Shown piece after piece: positions 1 to 10,476 of a stretch of DNA of 64,000 nucleotides. Within the stretch, counting starts at the first letter, position 1; each line of letters starts with the position of its first letter. The notes beneath the pieces were generated by a model that worked only from the letters and a program-made list of their open reading frames with translations, made no database searches and was not told the origin of the DNA. The stretch is from Oligoflexia bacterium (lineage in GTDB: Bacteria > Bdellovibrionota > Bdellovibrionia > JABDDW01): positions 62,816 through 126,815 of the forward strand of contig JAYTHU010000062.1 of the NCBI GenBank assembly GCA_043732305.1, written 5' to 3'. The translations under genes and the position numbers were made by a program.

Positions 1-93
1 CTGGGTGTATCCCATTTGTTCGAGAGATTTTCTAAGACCTGGAGAAAGTGGGAAAGAATCAAAAGATTCCAACGGGATTGGGGTTTCAACCAT
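1..93 (-). CDS. DEAD/DEAH-box RNA helicase, N-terminal part (runs off window start)
   Basis: Not in ORF track. Reverse strand from ATG at 93 reads MVETPIPLESFDSFPLSPGLRKSLEQMGYTQ, the F..L...L..GY start of the DEAD-box Q motif; AAGGAG RBS upstream. Confidence 0.75.
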   Translation of the reverse strand, partial: MVETPIPLESFDSFPLSPGLRKSLEQMGYTQ

Positions 94-230
94 ATGAGTG
101 CTCCTTAAAGCTGGGTCAGCTCAAGGAGAAAAACGGCACTATGCCAAGAACTCGGTGAGAAGACAAATTTACTAACTGCCTAGTTTTATAGCACAGGTGG
201 TTTTCGTTTGATACGTCAATCCAGGTCGGA

Positions 231-1094
231 TTAGTTCTCGGAATCCGTATTGCCACCCCGACGTCTTTTCCGCCCCTGGCCTGCGTTTGAGTGGCCGCCA
301 CGCTTTTTATAACCACCAGAATTTTTCTTGGATTGTGGCGCTTCAGGATATTTTACAGGGTGATCTTGTAGGGCCTTGTTTTGGAAAAATTTTGGCTTTG
401 ATGGTGCTGAAGACCAAGTCTGAGTAGTCTTTTGTAATTCAGGATGATCAGTTTCATAAGCACTTACTCTAGCCTGCATTGGCTGAACTGAATTAGCAAA
501 GGCGACCGTCTGCGGAGCTGCTGGCGGGTAAGAATTAGTCGGCGCAAGTATCACAACTTCTTTTTGATAAGCTATGTATTGTCTCACAACAAAAATATGA
601 GAGTGGTCACCATTACTCACAGTTTGAGTGGGCTCTGGAGGCATTTGAATATTTGAACCGTCGGACTCAGGGGCAACTCCCTCGACGATCGTTTAATATC
701 TTTTAATCTCTTCAGTGAAACCACTGTTCGCGAGTAGTTTTATTTTTTCTGGGTCGGTTACTTTTTTCGCTTCATCACAATCCTGAAATTCAACAGCAAC
801 TTTCGCAAAACTCATGTGAGTGTATATGGCTTTTTCCGAATAATGATCTTCGACTCTCGCTCCCCTTGGAACAAAAGAACATTCGTTGGCTAAATCCTGC
901 AGTGCCATGCTTTCAGCTAAAAACATCGATCGTTCTAAATTTGAATCTTCCCCTGTACCTAGGTAAACGATGTAACCACCTTCGACAGTTCTAGACGGAG
1001 TTTTTGTCCATGAAGGCGCATCGGCCAAAGGTTTCGAACTGCAGGCAGTTAAAATCAAAATTACAGAACTTAAAATGCATATGTTTTTATTCAT
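231..1094 (-). pseudogene. Lipoprotein (LPP20-like N-terminus, basic low-complexity tail) interrupted by one in-frame TAA at 693-695
   Basis: ORFs 693..1094 and 231..644 are in the same frame with an open 16-codon linker (...IKRY*TIVEGVAPESDGSNIQMPPE...); lipobox LTAC. Confidence 0.65.
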
Positions 1095-1142
1095 GAATAA
1101 TTTTAAAACTTAAAAACTGAAGTATTCAATCGAAATTGAATT

Positions 1143-2522
1143 TTATTTTATTTTTTTAAGATGAGAACTGAAACTGTGCATGACCCAGAGATGCGCTAAG
1201 GCCTGAGTATAATTGTAAAGATACCAAGAAAGTCTTGGACGAAAATCGTGAATGGCCGCGAGAGCTGACTTTCCGTCCAGAACTTCTCTAAATTCTAATC
1301 TGCCATTTCTAGAAAGATCATAACGAGCAAGCCATCCTCCATTAATATAGAAAAGCTGACGATCAGGCGCACTTCTCTCTGGAGAATATTTCAAGGTCAA
1401 CACACAGAAATTAATCAATGGAATAGTAAAGCTCCAAAGATTTTCTGTTTTCATTTCAACTCGCACCAGAGGGGTCATAAATTTTGGAAGCCAACGAAAA
1501 TATTCTGCAGCTATCCATGCAGCGTCTTTTCCCTTAGGAATGGGCAGACGTTGAATAGACCTGACGTACTTTGCTTTTTTTAAACTTTCTACTCGATCAT
1601 TTGTGATTTTTCTTAAGGTGGGATGAATGTTTAGTAAACTTTTTTGGACCGCATCACGAATATTCATTGGCAAAATATGTGCCCAAGTGATCAACGCATT
1701 TTGTTTGGCGACCATTTCATGTTTTAAACTTTCAATCAGTGGATACACTAAATTCTTACTTGCCCCTGTGATAAGTCGAACCCAGAGTCTGGAAAGTCCG
1801 GGCGTAAAGAATGGCACATTTATAAAAAATCTTTTCTTATTCATGGCCAACGCCACTTCTTTCATCAAATCTCTGTACGAAAGAATATTGGAACCACCAA
1901 TTTCAAGAACGTGGCCGGCTGTTTCTGGATGGTCAACACAGAATTGTAACATGGCAAGCACATCATCAACGGCAATGGGCTGAGTCAAGCTCCTGGTCCA
2001 ACGAGGACAGATCATCACGGGAAGTCTTTTGACCAAGGTGTAAAGCATTTGAAATGATGAGCCTTCCGCTCCTAAAATCAATCCAGCCCTTAAAGCTGTG
2101 ACAGCCACGCCTTTGCTGGCGAGAGTATGTTCAACTTCCAATCTGCTTTGCAGATGACGAGACAATTTTCCCGTCTCAGGGATCAACCCGCCAAGATAAA
2201 TAATTCTTTTCACATTCATTTTACTGCAAGCCCGAGCAAAATTGTCGGCTAGCAAGAGGTCAGCATTTTCAAAACGACTTTGCATGAGCCGTGCGGACGG
2301 AAGCATCGAATGAATCAGATAGATCGCGACGTCCACTCCTACGAGAGCTTCTTCAAGTTGCAAAAGTGAAAAGAGATCCCCAGTGCGCCACTCGATATTC
2401 TCACTCGCAATTGATTCTTTAGGTGAGGATCTTCTGATTGCAATAATCTTTTCGGGAGTTTTTAGATTTTCGAGTAAAAGATGACCAATAAATCCGGTCG
2501 CTCCCGTGACCGCGATTTTCAT
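1143..2522 (-). CDS. NAD-dependent epimerase/dehydratase family (YbjT-like SDR with C-terminal extension)
   Basis: N-terminal VTGATGFIG Rossmann motif, YLIHSM, HLQSRLEVE, TQPIAVDD. Confidence 0.85.
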   Translation of the reverse strand: MKIAVTGATGFIGHLLLENLKTPEKIIAIRRSSPKESIASENIEWRTGDLFSLLQLEEALVGVDVAIYLIHSMLPSARLMQSRFENADLLLADNFARACSKMNVKRIIYLGGLIPETGKLSRHLQSRLEVEHTLASKGVAVTALRAGLILGAEGSSFQMLYTLVKRLPVMICPRWTRSLTQPIAVDDVLAMLQFCVDHPETAGHVLEIGGSNILSYRDLMKEVALAMNKKRFFINVPFFTPGLSRLWVRLITGASKNLVYPLIESLKHEMVAKQNALITWAHILPMNIRDAVQKSLLNIHPTLRKITNDRVESLKKAKYVRSIQRLPIPKGKDAAWIAAEYFRWLPKFMTPLVRVEMKTENLWSFTIPLINFCVLTLKYSPERSAPDRQLFYINGGWLARYDLSRNGRLEFREVLDGKSALAAIHDFRPRLSWYLYNYTQALAHLWVMHSFSSHLKKIK

Positions 2523-3211
2523 GGAATTACACTTTCAGCCATGGAGGCGTTGAAGCTTTTTCGAACATCTAGTTTGACGTTTAGATTTTCCAGATTTTCA
2601 TAAAGGGTCAAAAGTGCAAGACCAAGTACAAAGAAGTCAGTGTCTAATTTCAACTTTTCACGAGAGCAAGTGTCAAAAACTTCTGTGAAAGTGGTTTGAA
2701 AATTCTTGAGTTTAAACTCGACTTGCGTTTGATCTCCTACGCCAAAATGTTTTTTCAAAACATCTTTAGCCGGTGTCAAGCTTAAGGTTTCTAAAGCTGC
2801 ATCAAAGCGCTTGTCATCATCACTGTAAAAACCTTGGTAAAGTTCTCTCAAGCTATTTGAAAAAGAAGGTTTCACTTCTGCATAAAGTGCCGAGGGAGTC
2901 CATCCGCCATCAGGATAAAAATTTTCTTTTCTAAAATCTAAAATCCACATGTTCGAAGTGAGTATTTGTTTAAAGAAAATTTTTAAGATCTCTTCCCCAC
3001 GCAACACTAAATCTTTAGAGGCCACGTTTTCTTTTGTAAACGAGGGCTTTCGCTTTAGAACTTCTCTCCATTTGTCATCATTTCGGGAATTTAGTCTCAA
3101 TTGGTTGGCAAGTGCGATCACTTCTTTGATCGAAACTACCTTCAATAGATTCGGCGAAACAAAGTGTAAAAGTCCGGAAAGTTCAGAATGTCCTAGCAGG
3201 TATTTGAGCAT
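2519..3211 (-). CDS. Hypothetical protein, possibly resembling the C-terminal part of ABC1/UbiB kinase-like proteins
   Basis: 230-aa ORF overlapping the next gene by 4 bp; weak by-eye resemblance only. Confidence 0.6.
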   Translation of the reverse strand: MLKYLLGHSELSGLLHFVSPNLLKVVSIKEVIALANQLRLNSRNDDKWREVLKRKPSFTKENVASKDLVLRGEEILKIFFKQILTSNMWILDFRKENFYPDGGWTPSALYAEVKPSFSNSLRELYQGFYSDDDKRFDAALETLSLTPAKDVLKKHFGVGDQTQVEFKLKNFQTTFTEVFDTCSREKLKLDTDFFVLGLALLTLYENLENLNVKLDVRKSFNASMAESVIP

Positions 3212-3487
3212 GCGTTTAATCTAGCGCGCATTTCTTTGCGGAGCAATGCACTATTGGAAGCAAAAGCTAATTTGCATAAATTCTCATAGCGTTTAAGTTT
3301 CTTGAATACTCGGCTTGTAAAATTTAAACCGGGGATGGAATCTTTCGATAGAAACGATGAAATATGAAGACTTCACCATTACCTGACTAGCACCGACTAA
3401 TTATTCTTACGTGACTTTCGTGCTCACCATCAAAACTCAATTGTACGACAGTTCCGTCCCCATTAGCTTTTCAACCAAAGAGTTACT

Positions 3488-4783
3488 TTATCGAGGTCGT
3501 TCTTTTGGCGGCCCGTGTGACGGACGTTTTGCTGGCCATTTTGAAGGCCGACTGCGGCTGCCATTGTTTGGACGATTGCGATTGCCTTCCATTGCTGCCT
3601 TCGCTTTGCCAGTAGACATCAAGCGTGCATTTTCAATTTCGGCTGAATGATAAGGATGTTCGCGGTCAACTGGAACTGGCTGCGCAATTAGTTTTTCGAT
3701 ATCTCGAATGAACGAGCGTTCTTCGGTGTCACAAAAAGAAATAGCGATACCCTGAGCGCCAGCACGCGCAGTTCGGCCGATCCGGTGAACATAGCTTTCT
3801 GGAATGTTTGGAATCTCATAGTTGATAACGTGACTTATGCCATCGATGTCGATACCTCTCGCCGCAATATCGGTAGCGATGAGGCAACGAATTCGACCAG
3901 CGCGGAAGTTTTCAAGCGCTCTTTGACGAGCTGACTGAGATTTATTTCCGTGAATAGCTTCGCTGCGGATACCATTTTTCTCGAGGACTTCGGTTACCTT
4001 ATTGGCACCATGTTTTGTACGAGTGAAAACGATAACGCGGTTTGCGGCTTTATCTAAAAGGACATGTCTCAATAATGCGGGTTTTTTACCGCGCTCCACG
4101 TACATAACCGACTGAGCGATTAATTCTACAGTGCTTGAAACAGGTGTGACTTCTACGAGCACGGGATTAGATAAAATACTGTCAGCTAATTTTTTGATAT
4201 CCGAGGGCATAGTTGCCGAGAAAAACAAATTCTGACGTTTTGCCGGAAGCATGGCGATGATTTTTCGAATGTCTCTAATGAAACCCATATCCAACATTCG
4301 ATCGGCTTCATCAAGAACAAAAACATCTAGATTTTGCAAACTGACCAAGCGCTGATTTATCAGATCAAGCAATCGTCCTGGAGTAGCGACAACAACATCG
4401 ATTCCGCCAGAAATGGCCTTCACTTGAGGCTGTTGGCCAACTCCACCGTAAACACAAGTGTAACTGAGTCGAAGATGTTTTCCGTAAGTTTTAAAACTAT
4501 CAAGAATTTGAATGGCTAACTCTCGAGTGGGCGTAAGCACCAAAACGCGAGTTTGCTTCCGATCTGCACGACGTGGAAATTTCACCAGTCGATTAAGAAT
4601 CGGTAACGCAAAGGCGGCAGTCTTGCCAGTCCCCGTTTGCGCGCAACCGAGTAGATCCCGCCCTTCTAGAAGATGCGGAATTGCAGCCAACTGAATTGGT
4701 GTGGGCTCGGTGTATCCGGTCTCGGCGACAGCACGTTGTAAAGGCTCAACAAGATTAAAATCTGAAAATTTAGTGGTACTCAT
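3488..4783 (-). CDS. rhlE: ATP-dependent DEAD-box RNA helicase, RhlE-like
   Basis: Q motif, AQTGTGKT, PTRELA, DEAD, SAT, HGNKSQ, ARGID, HRIGRTAR; basic tail. Confidence 0.9.
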   Translation of the reverse strand: MSTTKFSDFNLVEPLQRAVAETGYTEPTPIQLAAIPHLLEGRDLLGCAQTGTGKTAAFALPILNRLVKFPRRADRKQTRVLVLTPTRELAIQILDSFKTYGKHLRLSYTCVYGGVGQQPQVKAISGGIDVVVATPGRLLDLINQRLVSLQNLDVFVLDEADRMLDMGFIRDIRKIIAMLPAKRQNLFFSATMPSDIKKLADSILSNPVLVEVTPVSSTVELIAQSVMYVERGKKPALLRHVLLDKAANRVIVFTRTKHGANKVTEVLEKNGIRSEAIHGNKSQSARQRALENFRAGRIRCLIATDIAARGIDIDGISHVINYEIPNIPESYVHRIGRTARAGAQGIAISFCDTEERSFIRDIEKLIAQPVPVDREHPYHSAEIENARLMSTGKAKAAMEGNRNRPNNGSRSRPSKWPAKRPSHGPPKERPR

Positions 4784-4825
4784 GAAGATGGGACACTAGC
4801 ATGATCGAATTGATAAAAGGAATAT

Positions 4826-5371
4826 ATGCAGCCTAGAATTTATATTTACACGGATGCTAGCTTTAGCAACACACATAAACTTGCAGTTATAGGCTATGCT
4901 CGTTTTGGCAGCTCTTACGATCATGACACTATTGCATTCGCTGACACGAAACTCCAAATTCACGTGATTAACGAGAAAAATAATATAAGAGCTGAGCTTC
5001 GAGGAGCCATCATGGCTTTAGCCGAAAGTTTCCCCGAAGCTCTGAAGGGAAGTCTCAAGGCTGGTGCAAAAAAAGACATCACGGTAGTTCTTTATACAGA
5101 TTGCAGAGCTGTGGTCGATCTACCCTCTCGACGCGAAAAACTCGAACACACGGAATACATAAGTCAGAGCAAGGGCACTCCGCTCGCCAATGCAGACCTT
5201 TACCGCGAATTCTTTCTGATTTTCGATCAACTCCAACTAGAACTAATTTGGGTCAAAGGGCACTGCCCGGGCAAAGACCAGAGTAAAACGGAAAAAAACT
5301 TTTCTTACTTAGACAAAAAAGTTCGAGGAAAATTGAGAGAAGTTATTTTGTCTAATTCGACGAATAAATAG
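4826..5371 (+). CDS. Ribonuclease H family protein (RNase HI-like)
   Basis: YTDAS, NNIRAELRG, YTDC, NADL, WVKGH and a final Asp (YLD). Confidence 0.85.
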   Translation: MQPRIYIYTDASFSNTHKLAVIGYARFGSSYDHDTIAFADTKLQIHVINEKNNIRAELRGAIMALAESFPEALKGSLKAGAKKDITVVLYTDCRAVVDLPSRREKLEHTEYISQSKGTPLANADLYREFFLIFDQLQLELIWVKGHCPGKDQSKTEKNFSYLDKKVRGKLREVILSNSTNK

Positions 5372-6044
5372 AAAAGTGAATATAGCGTTTAGGAATCACG
5401 CTTTTTTTGAGCCAGGGGTGATGCTCTTCAATGATGTCTCTAGAATCACGACCCCGCGCGACGACAGTGATGGTTTTTTCCTGAGCGATTTTTTTCAGAT
5501 CAAATAAAGTTTTTTTGATAGCCTCTTCAGTTCCGTAATCATAAATAAAATAATAATCCGCTACGACTGGCTTAAATTCTATAGCACTCAGATCCGCCGT
5601 TTTAATTTTTACGAGTGGATAGGCCGCAAGCTTCATACATCGTTTACTTTCTTTCACTCGCTCACCAGCATACTCGTATCCAAGAAATTTATTTTTCGGA
5701 TAATGCCGACCGATCACAAATCCCATCCGGGCATAGCCGCAACCCAAATCAACGATGGTCGAACTTTGCTTGGGCTTAAGAAGCGAAAGAATAGTTCTGA
5801 TTTCTGTATAAGGAGTAAGAAACCGTTTAGCAGCAAGTCCGATCCATAATTCCTGAGGGTGGTCTCGTGACACTTTCGCTTTGATACGGCAGCCGTGCAG
5901 GCGGAGTTTCTTTTCAACTTTTTCTATTTGTAGTCCCAGATACTTATCAACTTGATCTGAGTGTGCACGAACCCTGGCATCGGTAACGGTTTTGTCATTG
6001 AGGGGCAACAGTGGGAATAGATTTTTAGGACTAAATTTTAGCAT
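5352..6044 (-). CDS. Class I SAM-dependent methyltransferase
   Basis: VDLGCGYAR motif I; GYE; ADL. Confidence 0.8.
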   Translation of the reverse strand: MLKFSPKNLFPLLPLNDKTVTDARVRAHSDQVDKYLGLQIEKVEKKLRLHGCRIKAKVSRDHPQELWIGLAAKRFLTPYTEIRTILSLLKPKQSSTIVDLGCGYARMGFVIGRHYPKNKFLGYEYAGERVKESKRCMKLAAYPLVKIKTADLSAIEFKPVVADYYFIYDYGTEEAIKKTLFDLKKIAQEKTITVVARGRDSRDIIEEHHPWLKKSVIPKRYIHFSIYSSN

Positions 6045-6094
6045 CTGAAAAGCGTACTGTTGCCAAGCGTTCCATGCAAACGTTAACCATCAAA

Positions 6095-6114
6095 GTGGGC
6101 ACTGCAGGGATTGA
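6095..6114 (-). repeat. Duplicate of tRNA-Val 3' end (att-like), 19/20 identical to 6182..6201
   Basis: gtgggcactgcagggattga vs gtgggcgctgcagggattga. Confidence 0.8.
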
Positions 6115-6143
6115 TGAATTACGATCACATCCGCGTATGCCCT

Positions 6144-6179
6144 AAAATAAAAAATCCCGCCAGAGGCAGGATTTTATTT
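6144..6179 (-). terminator. Intrinsic terminator after tRNA-Val
   Basis: Minus strand AAAATCCTGCC-TCT-GGCGGGATTTT followed by a T-rich tract. Confidence 0.75.
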
Positions 6180-6254
6180 TGGTGGGCGCTGCAGGGATTG
6201 AACCTGCGACGTCTTGCTTGTAAGGCAAGCGCTCTACCACTGAGCTAAGCACCC
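6180..6254 (-). tRNA. tRNA-Val(TAC)
   Basis: GGGTGCTTAGCTCAGTGGTAGAGCG-CTTGC-CTTACAA-GCAAG-ACGTCGCAGGTTCAATCCCTGCAGCGCCCACCA; cloverleaf, anticodon TAC, encoded CCA. Confidence 0.97.
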
Positions 6255-6287
6255 GACTATAAGAGATTTGATCGAAGCTTGGGTATA

Positions 6288-6728
6288 CTAGTTATCGAGC
6301 ACTCTGACAAGACTTGTTGGGATATTTTCCGAACCCTGATCAATTTGAGAGATATTGACTTTAAATTCAAGTCGGTCATGCCCGTCTTCGGAGGCTTTCA
6401 CTAAGGGAGTCAGGGTGAGCTTGGATTTCTGATTCAACTCATTCTCGATCTGAACCACAAGTTCTTGAGCATTAGGATTGACTAGAGTCACAATCCCTAA
6501 ACCGATCAATCGGCGTTTAGATTTGTCTGCTTCTGCCGTGGTGGCCTTCACCCTCAGGACAGGATTGCGATCCTTATCCCAGTGGGAAACAGAAATTTCG
6601 ATGGCAATATTCTGATCAACAGCTTTCCAGCTGCCCAAAGCGGCATTCATTGGGAATGGCCCGTCTTTGGCAAAAGCCATGGCACACATCAGAGAAAATA
6701 ATATCGAACTCAATAAAAATCTTTTCAT
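6288..6728 (-). CDS. Secreted hypothetical protein
   Basis: Signal peptide MKRFLLSSILFSLMCAMAFA; GGGGGA RBS. Confidence 0.75.
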   Translation of the reverse strand: MKRFLLSSILFSLMCAMAFAKDGPFPMNAALGSWKAVDQNIAIEISVSHWDKDRNPVLRVKATTAEADKSKRRLIGLGIVTLVNPNAQELVVQIENELNQKSKLTLTPLVKASEDGHDRLEFKVNISQIDQGSENIPTSLVRVLDN

Positions 6729-6752
6729 TACAGATCCCCCTAAAATTAAATA

Positions 6753-7865
6753 TTATCCTAAAAGCACACGAGCAGATTTGTTCAAATAATATCCGCTTTT
6801 ACCTCTGAAAATATACTTGGGCTTTTTCAAATCAGGCTCAATCAATTGTCTGAGCCTCTTTATAGTTACATAAATTTTATTGTCATGAACGGTAGGATCA
6901 TAATTCTGATCCCAGACTTTTTTAACCAGAACTTCCTTGGAAAATATTCTTCCAGGATTTCTAGCAAAAAGCTGTAGCAAATCGATCAGAATGAACTGAT
7001 TTTTGAAATCTACTTTGCCCAGATTTTTCTCAACAAGTGTGTTGCTCTCGGCATTGAAAATTAAATCATACTGAACATCCACGTCTTCATGACCAAGTTC
7101 GCTCAATGTGTTGCGCAGAAGCTTGGACATCCGAGGGAGTTCACTGTCGTTGATGCTCTTGAGCGCCAATTGTAAATACACACGAGACAGCAGTCTTTCG
7201 CCGGAGCGCAGGTATGTGGAAGCCAATCCATAGAGCGCATTGTAATAGAGAAGCATGCTGGTATTGGTTTTGAGCATCTCATAGGCTTGCCAGAAACATT
7301 CGATGGCCTTGTCGTAATCTCCACGGTTTCTGTGAATCAAACCGTTCAGTAAGCGTGAGGAGATCTGCAGATCGGGAACCTGAAGTGCTCCGAAGAATAC
7401 TTCTAGGTTATAAAGTTCCTTGAGTGCCTCTTCAAGATGTCCTTGAGAGTAATTAGTGTTTGCGATTCCGTAGATCGCGTAGCACATGTCGACTTTATTG
7501 TCTTTATCGAGAGCAATCTTAAGCGCACTTTGGAAATAGTCCATCGCGGTGCTCTCATGGCTGTCTCGATAATAAGAACAAAGGCCTAAAATGTAGTGAG
7601 TTCTTGAATTGAGTTGCAGGTTCTCTTTTACAACTAGGTCTTGAATCTTCTCTTTAGTGTCTTGGATCTTTTGGTTGTCTTCGCGCTCAACTAAAATGCG
7701 AAGCAAGTAATTGACAGTATCGATGTAACGCTCGTACTGCTTTTTTTCTAGAAACAAATCAGCGGCTTTTGTCAGTCTTTCTTGAGCCTTGCTGTATTCA
7801 GCACGGTCGTAGAACAGACGCCCCATCTCGTAATGATACTCAGAAGCCAGTGGTAACCCCATCAT
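6753..7865 (-). CDS. TPR-repeat protein with C-terminal OmpR/PhoB-type winged-helix DNA-binding domain
   Basis: TPR-like helices; C-terminal NPGRIFSKEVLVKKVW...NKIYVTIKRLRQLIEPD...YI..GYYL. Confidence 0.85.
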   Translation of the reverse strand: MMGLPLASEYHYEMGRLFYDRAEYSKAQERLTKAADLFLEKKQYERYIDTVNYLLRILVEREDNQKIQDTKEKIQDLVVKENLQLNSRTHYILGLCSYYRDSHESTAMDYFQSALKIALDKDNKVDMCYAIYGIANTNYSQGHLEEALKELYNLEVFFGALQVPDLQISSRLLNGLIHRNRGDYDKAIECFWQAYEMLKTNTSMLLYYNALYGLASTYLRSGERLLSRVYLQLALKSINDSELPRMSKLLRNTLSELGHEDVDVQYDLIFNAESNTLVEKNLGKVDFKNQFILIDLLQLFARNPGRIFSKEVLVKKVWDQNYDPTVHDNKIYVTIKRLRQLIEPDLKKPKYIFRGKSGYYLNKSARVLLG

Positions 7866-7931
7866 TAAATTCCCCCCTTAACGATGGGTGAAATTTCTTA
7901 CATTTAGTGAATTAAGGCAACAGAAAATTGC

Positions 7932-7965
7932 AAAAAAAATGGCACATATGTAAAATGTGCCATTT
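7932..7965 (-). terminator. Intrinsic terminator after lon
   Basis: Stem AAATGGCACAT/ATGTGCCATTT with a T8 run on the minus strand. Confidence 0.75.
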
Positions 7966-7989
7966 CTAATTCTTCCCTAAACCAAGCTT

Positions 7990-10431
7990 TTAATGCGTGT
8001 TCACTTGTCCACTATACTGAGCTTTGATTCCTTCAACGGCGTCACGTAACCCAGCCTTGAAGATCTCTTCAGGCTTTTTGACTTCCAGAGCGTTGATCAA
8101 AACTTGATCCACATGATCTACTAAAATCACGCGAAGCTCCTTCATGATCTTCTTAGGAATGTCTTTTAAGTCTTTTTCATTTTCCTTAGGGCAGATGATA
8201 GTTTTGATTCCACCACGATGGGCAGCCAGCATCTTTTCCTTCAGTCCGCCAATAGGAAGAACTCTTCCGCGAAGGGTCACTTCACCGGTCATTGCCACGG
8301 TTTTTCTAACAGGAATCTTAGTCAACGCAGAGACAATTGATGTCACCATTGTCACACCGGCTGATGGTCCGTCTTTAGGGATAGATCCTTCAGGAACGTG
8401 AATGTGGATATCTGCATTGTGCAAAAACTCTTTGTCGATTCCCATGAGAGGAGCGCGAGATCTGACGTAGCTCATTGCTGCGCTAGCAGATTCTTTCATC
8501 ACGTCGCCCAATTGGCCAGTGACTTGGAATCTCCCTTTGCCGGGAACAACGCTGACCTCAACAACCAACAAGTCGCCGCCGACTTCGGTCCAAGCCATTC
8601 CGTTGGTAAGTCCAATTTCATTCTTGGCTTCGATCTTACCGAATTTATATTTCTCGGCGCCGAGGATGTCCTTCATGTTCTTGGCAGTGACACTGAAACC
8701 CTTTAGCTTTTTGTTAGCCAAAAGTTTTCGAGCTACCTTGCGACAAACATTGGAAAGTTCGCGTTCCAAGTTTCTCACGCCAGCTTCTCGAGTGTATCCT
8801 CTGATCAATATACGAATAGCGGAGTCTTGAATTTCCACTTTTCTATGGGACAAACCGTTGGCTTCAATAACTTTAGGAACAAGGTATTTTCTAGCGATCT
8901 GGAACTTCTCTTCTTCAGTGTAACCTTCGAGGGAAATGATTTCCATTCGATCCAATAAAGGACGAGGAATGGTATGAAGTGTATTTGCGGTTGCCACAAA
9001 AGTGGTTTTGCTCAAATCATAATCAATTTCCAAGTAGTGATCACCGAAGTTCACATTCTGCTCAGGATCCAAAACTTCCAAAAGTGCAGAAGAAGGATCA
9101 CCGCGGAAATCTGTGCTCATCTTGTCGATTTCGTCGAGCAAGAAAACAGGGTTTCCAGTTTCCGCTTTCTTCATTGCTTGAAGAATTTTACCAGGCATAG
9201 CACCAATGTAGGTGCGTCTGTGACCGCGAATTTCGGCTTCGTCACGAACTCCGCCTAAACTGATACGCACAAAATTCTTGTGCATTGCTCTTGCGATAGA
9301 TCGAGCTAACGAAGTTTTTCCGACTCCGGGAGGACCAACCAAGCAAAGAATAGGACCCTTTTGGTTATCAACAATGCTTTGCACTGCTAGATATTCCAGA
9401 ATTCTTTCCTTAACTTTTTCTAAACCGAAATGGTCAGCGTCTAGAATTTTTTCTGCCTCTAAAATATCAGTTTTGGCATCAGAGAATTTATTCCAAGGAA
9501 GAGCCAATATCCAATCGATGTAGTTTCTCACTACGGTTGCTTCCGCAGACATAGGAGACATCATCTTGAGTTTTTTGATTTCTTTCTTAACTTTATCAGC
9601 CGCTTCTTTCGTGAGAGGCTTCTCTTTGGAGAGCTTTTCTAACTCGACGATTTCCTGCTGAAAATCATCTTTTTCGCCAAGCTCTTTTTGGATCGCTTGC
9701 ATTTGCTCATTGAGATAATATTCTTTTTGAGATTTCTCCATTTGCTTCTTCACGCGAGATCGAATCTTCTTTTCCACTTGTAGAATTTCGATTTCACCAC
9801 TCATGAGTGAAAGCAATTGTTCCAAACGCTTCGCGGGATCAATCAATTCCAAAGCTTTTTGTTTGTCTTCAAGCTTAAGATTGAGTTGCGCAACAATAGT
9901 GTCCGCCAAACGCCCAGGCTGTTCGATACTTGCAACAGACATAAGCATTTCAGGTGGGATACGTTTGTTTAATTTAACGTAGGTTTCAAATGTCGTTTTC
10001 ACCGAGCGCATAAGAGCTTCGGTTTCAACTTTGTTTTCCATTTTTTCTGGAAGCTCTTCACATTCAACCATGAAGAAATTGTCATTAGAAACATAGTTCA
10101 AAACACGAACTCGCTTTTTGCCTTCGATCAAAACCTTTACGGTTCCATCAGGTAAACGCAAAAGCTGGATGATACTTCCGAGAGTTCCGATTTCATAGAT
10201 GTCAGCTGATTCTGGATTATTTGTCTTTGCTTCTTTTTGAGCAGCGAGAACAATGTCGATTTTCTTGTTCATAGCTTCTTCGAGAGCATTGATACTTTTT
10301 TCGCGGCCAACAAAGAGCGGCATCATCATGTGCGGAAACACAATAACGTCACGCAAGGGAAGCAGCGGAAGCTTCATTCTCAGACCTTGAGTATGTCCTT
10401 GTGTTTGGGAATCTTTCTTACTAGTACTCAT
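7990..10431 (-). CDS. lon: ATP-dependent Lon protease
   Basis: LPLLPLRD N-domain, [22 protein letters not shown] catalytic Ser, GGLKEK. Confidence 0.98.
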   Translation of the reverse strand: MSTSKKDSQTQGHTQGLRMKLPLLPLRDVIVFPHMMMPLFVGREKSINALEEAMNKKIDIVLAAQKEAKTNNPESADIYEIGTLGSIIQLLRLPDGTVKVLIEGKKRVRVLNYVSNDNFFMVECEELPEKMENKVETEALMRSVKTTFETYVKLNKRIPPEMLMSVASIEQPGRLADTIVAQLNLKLEDKQKALELIDPAKRLEQLLSLMSGEIEILQVEKKIRSRVKKQMEKSQKEYYLNEQMQAIQKELGEKDDFQQEIVELEKLSKEKPLTKEAADKVKKEIKKLKMMSPMSAEATVVRNYIDWILALPWNKFSDAKTDILEAEKILDADHFGLEKVKERILEYLAVQSIVDNQKGPILCLVGPPGVGKTSLARSIARAMHKNFVRISLGGVRDEAEIRGHRRTYIGAMPGKILQAMKKAETGNPVFLLDEIDKMSTDFRGDPSSALLEVLDPEQNVNFGDHYLEIDYDLSKTTFVATANTLHTIPRPLLDRMEIISLEGYTEEEKFQIARKYLVPKVIEANGLSHRKVEIQDSAIRILIRGYTREAGVRNLERELSNVCRKVARKLLANKKLKGFSVTAKNMKDILGAEKYKFGKIEAKNEIGLTNGMAWTEVGGDLLVVEVSVVPGKGRFQVTGQLGDVMKESASAAMSYVRSRAPLMGIDKEFLHNADIHIHVPEGSIPKDGPSAGVTMVTSIVSALTKIPVRKTVAMTGEVTLRGRVLPIGGLKEKMLAAHRGGIKTIICPKENEKDLKDIPKKIMKELRVILVDHVDQVLINALEVKKPEEIFKAGLRDAVEGIKAQYSGQVNTH

Positions 10432-10476
10432 TCGCCCTCCTCTTAAAATTACATTGTTAAAGGTGATGAGAGAACT

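Noticed and set aside
693..695. Genome-wide stop-codon reassignment
   Set aside because: TAA, TAG and TGA all terminate conserved genes at expected lengths in this window.
3212..3487. 276-bp intergenic gap and 79-aa + ORF 3411..3650
   Set aside because: No recognisable RNA structure or protein motif; the ORF is largely antisense to the rhlE tail.
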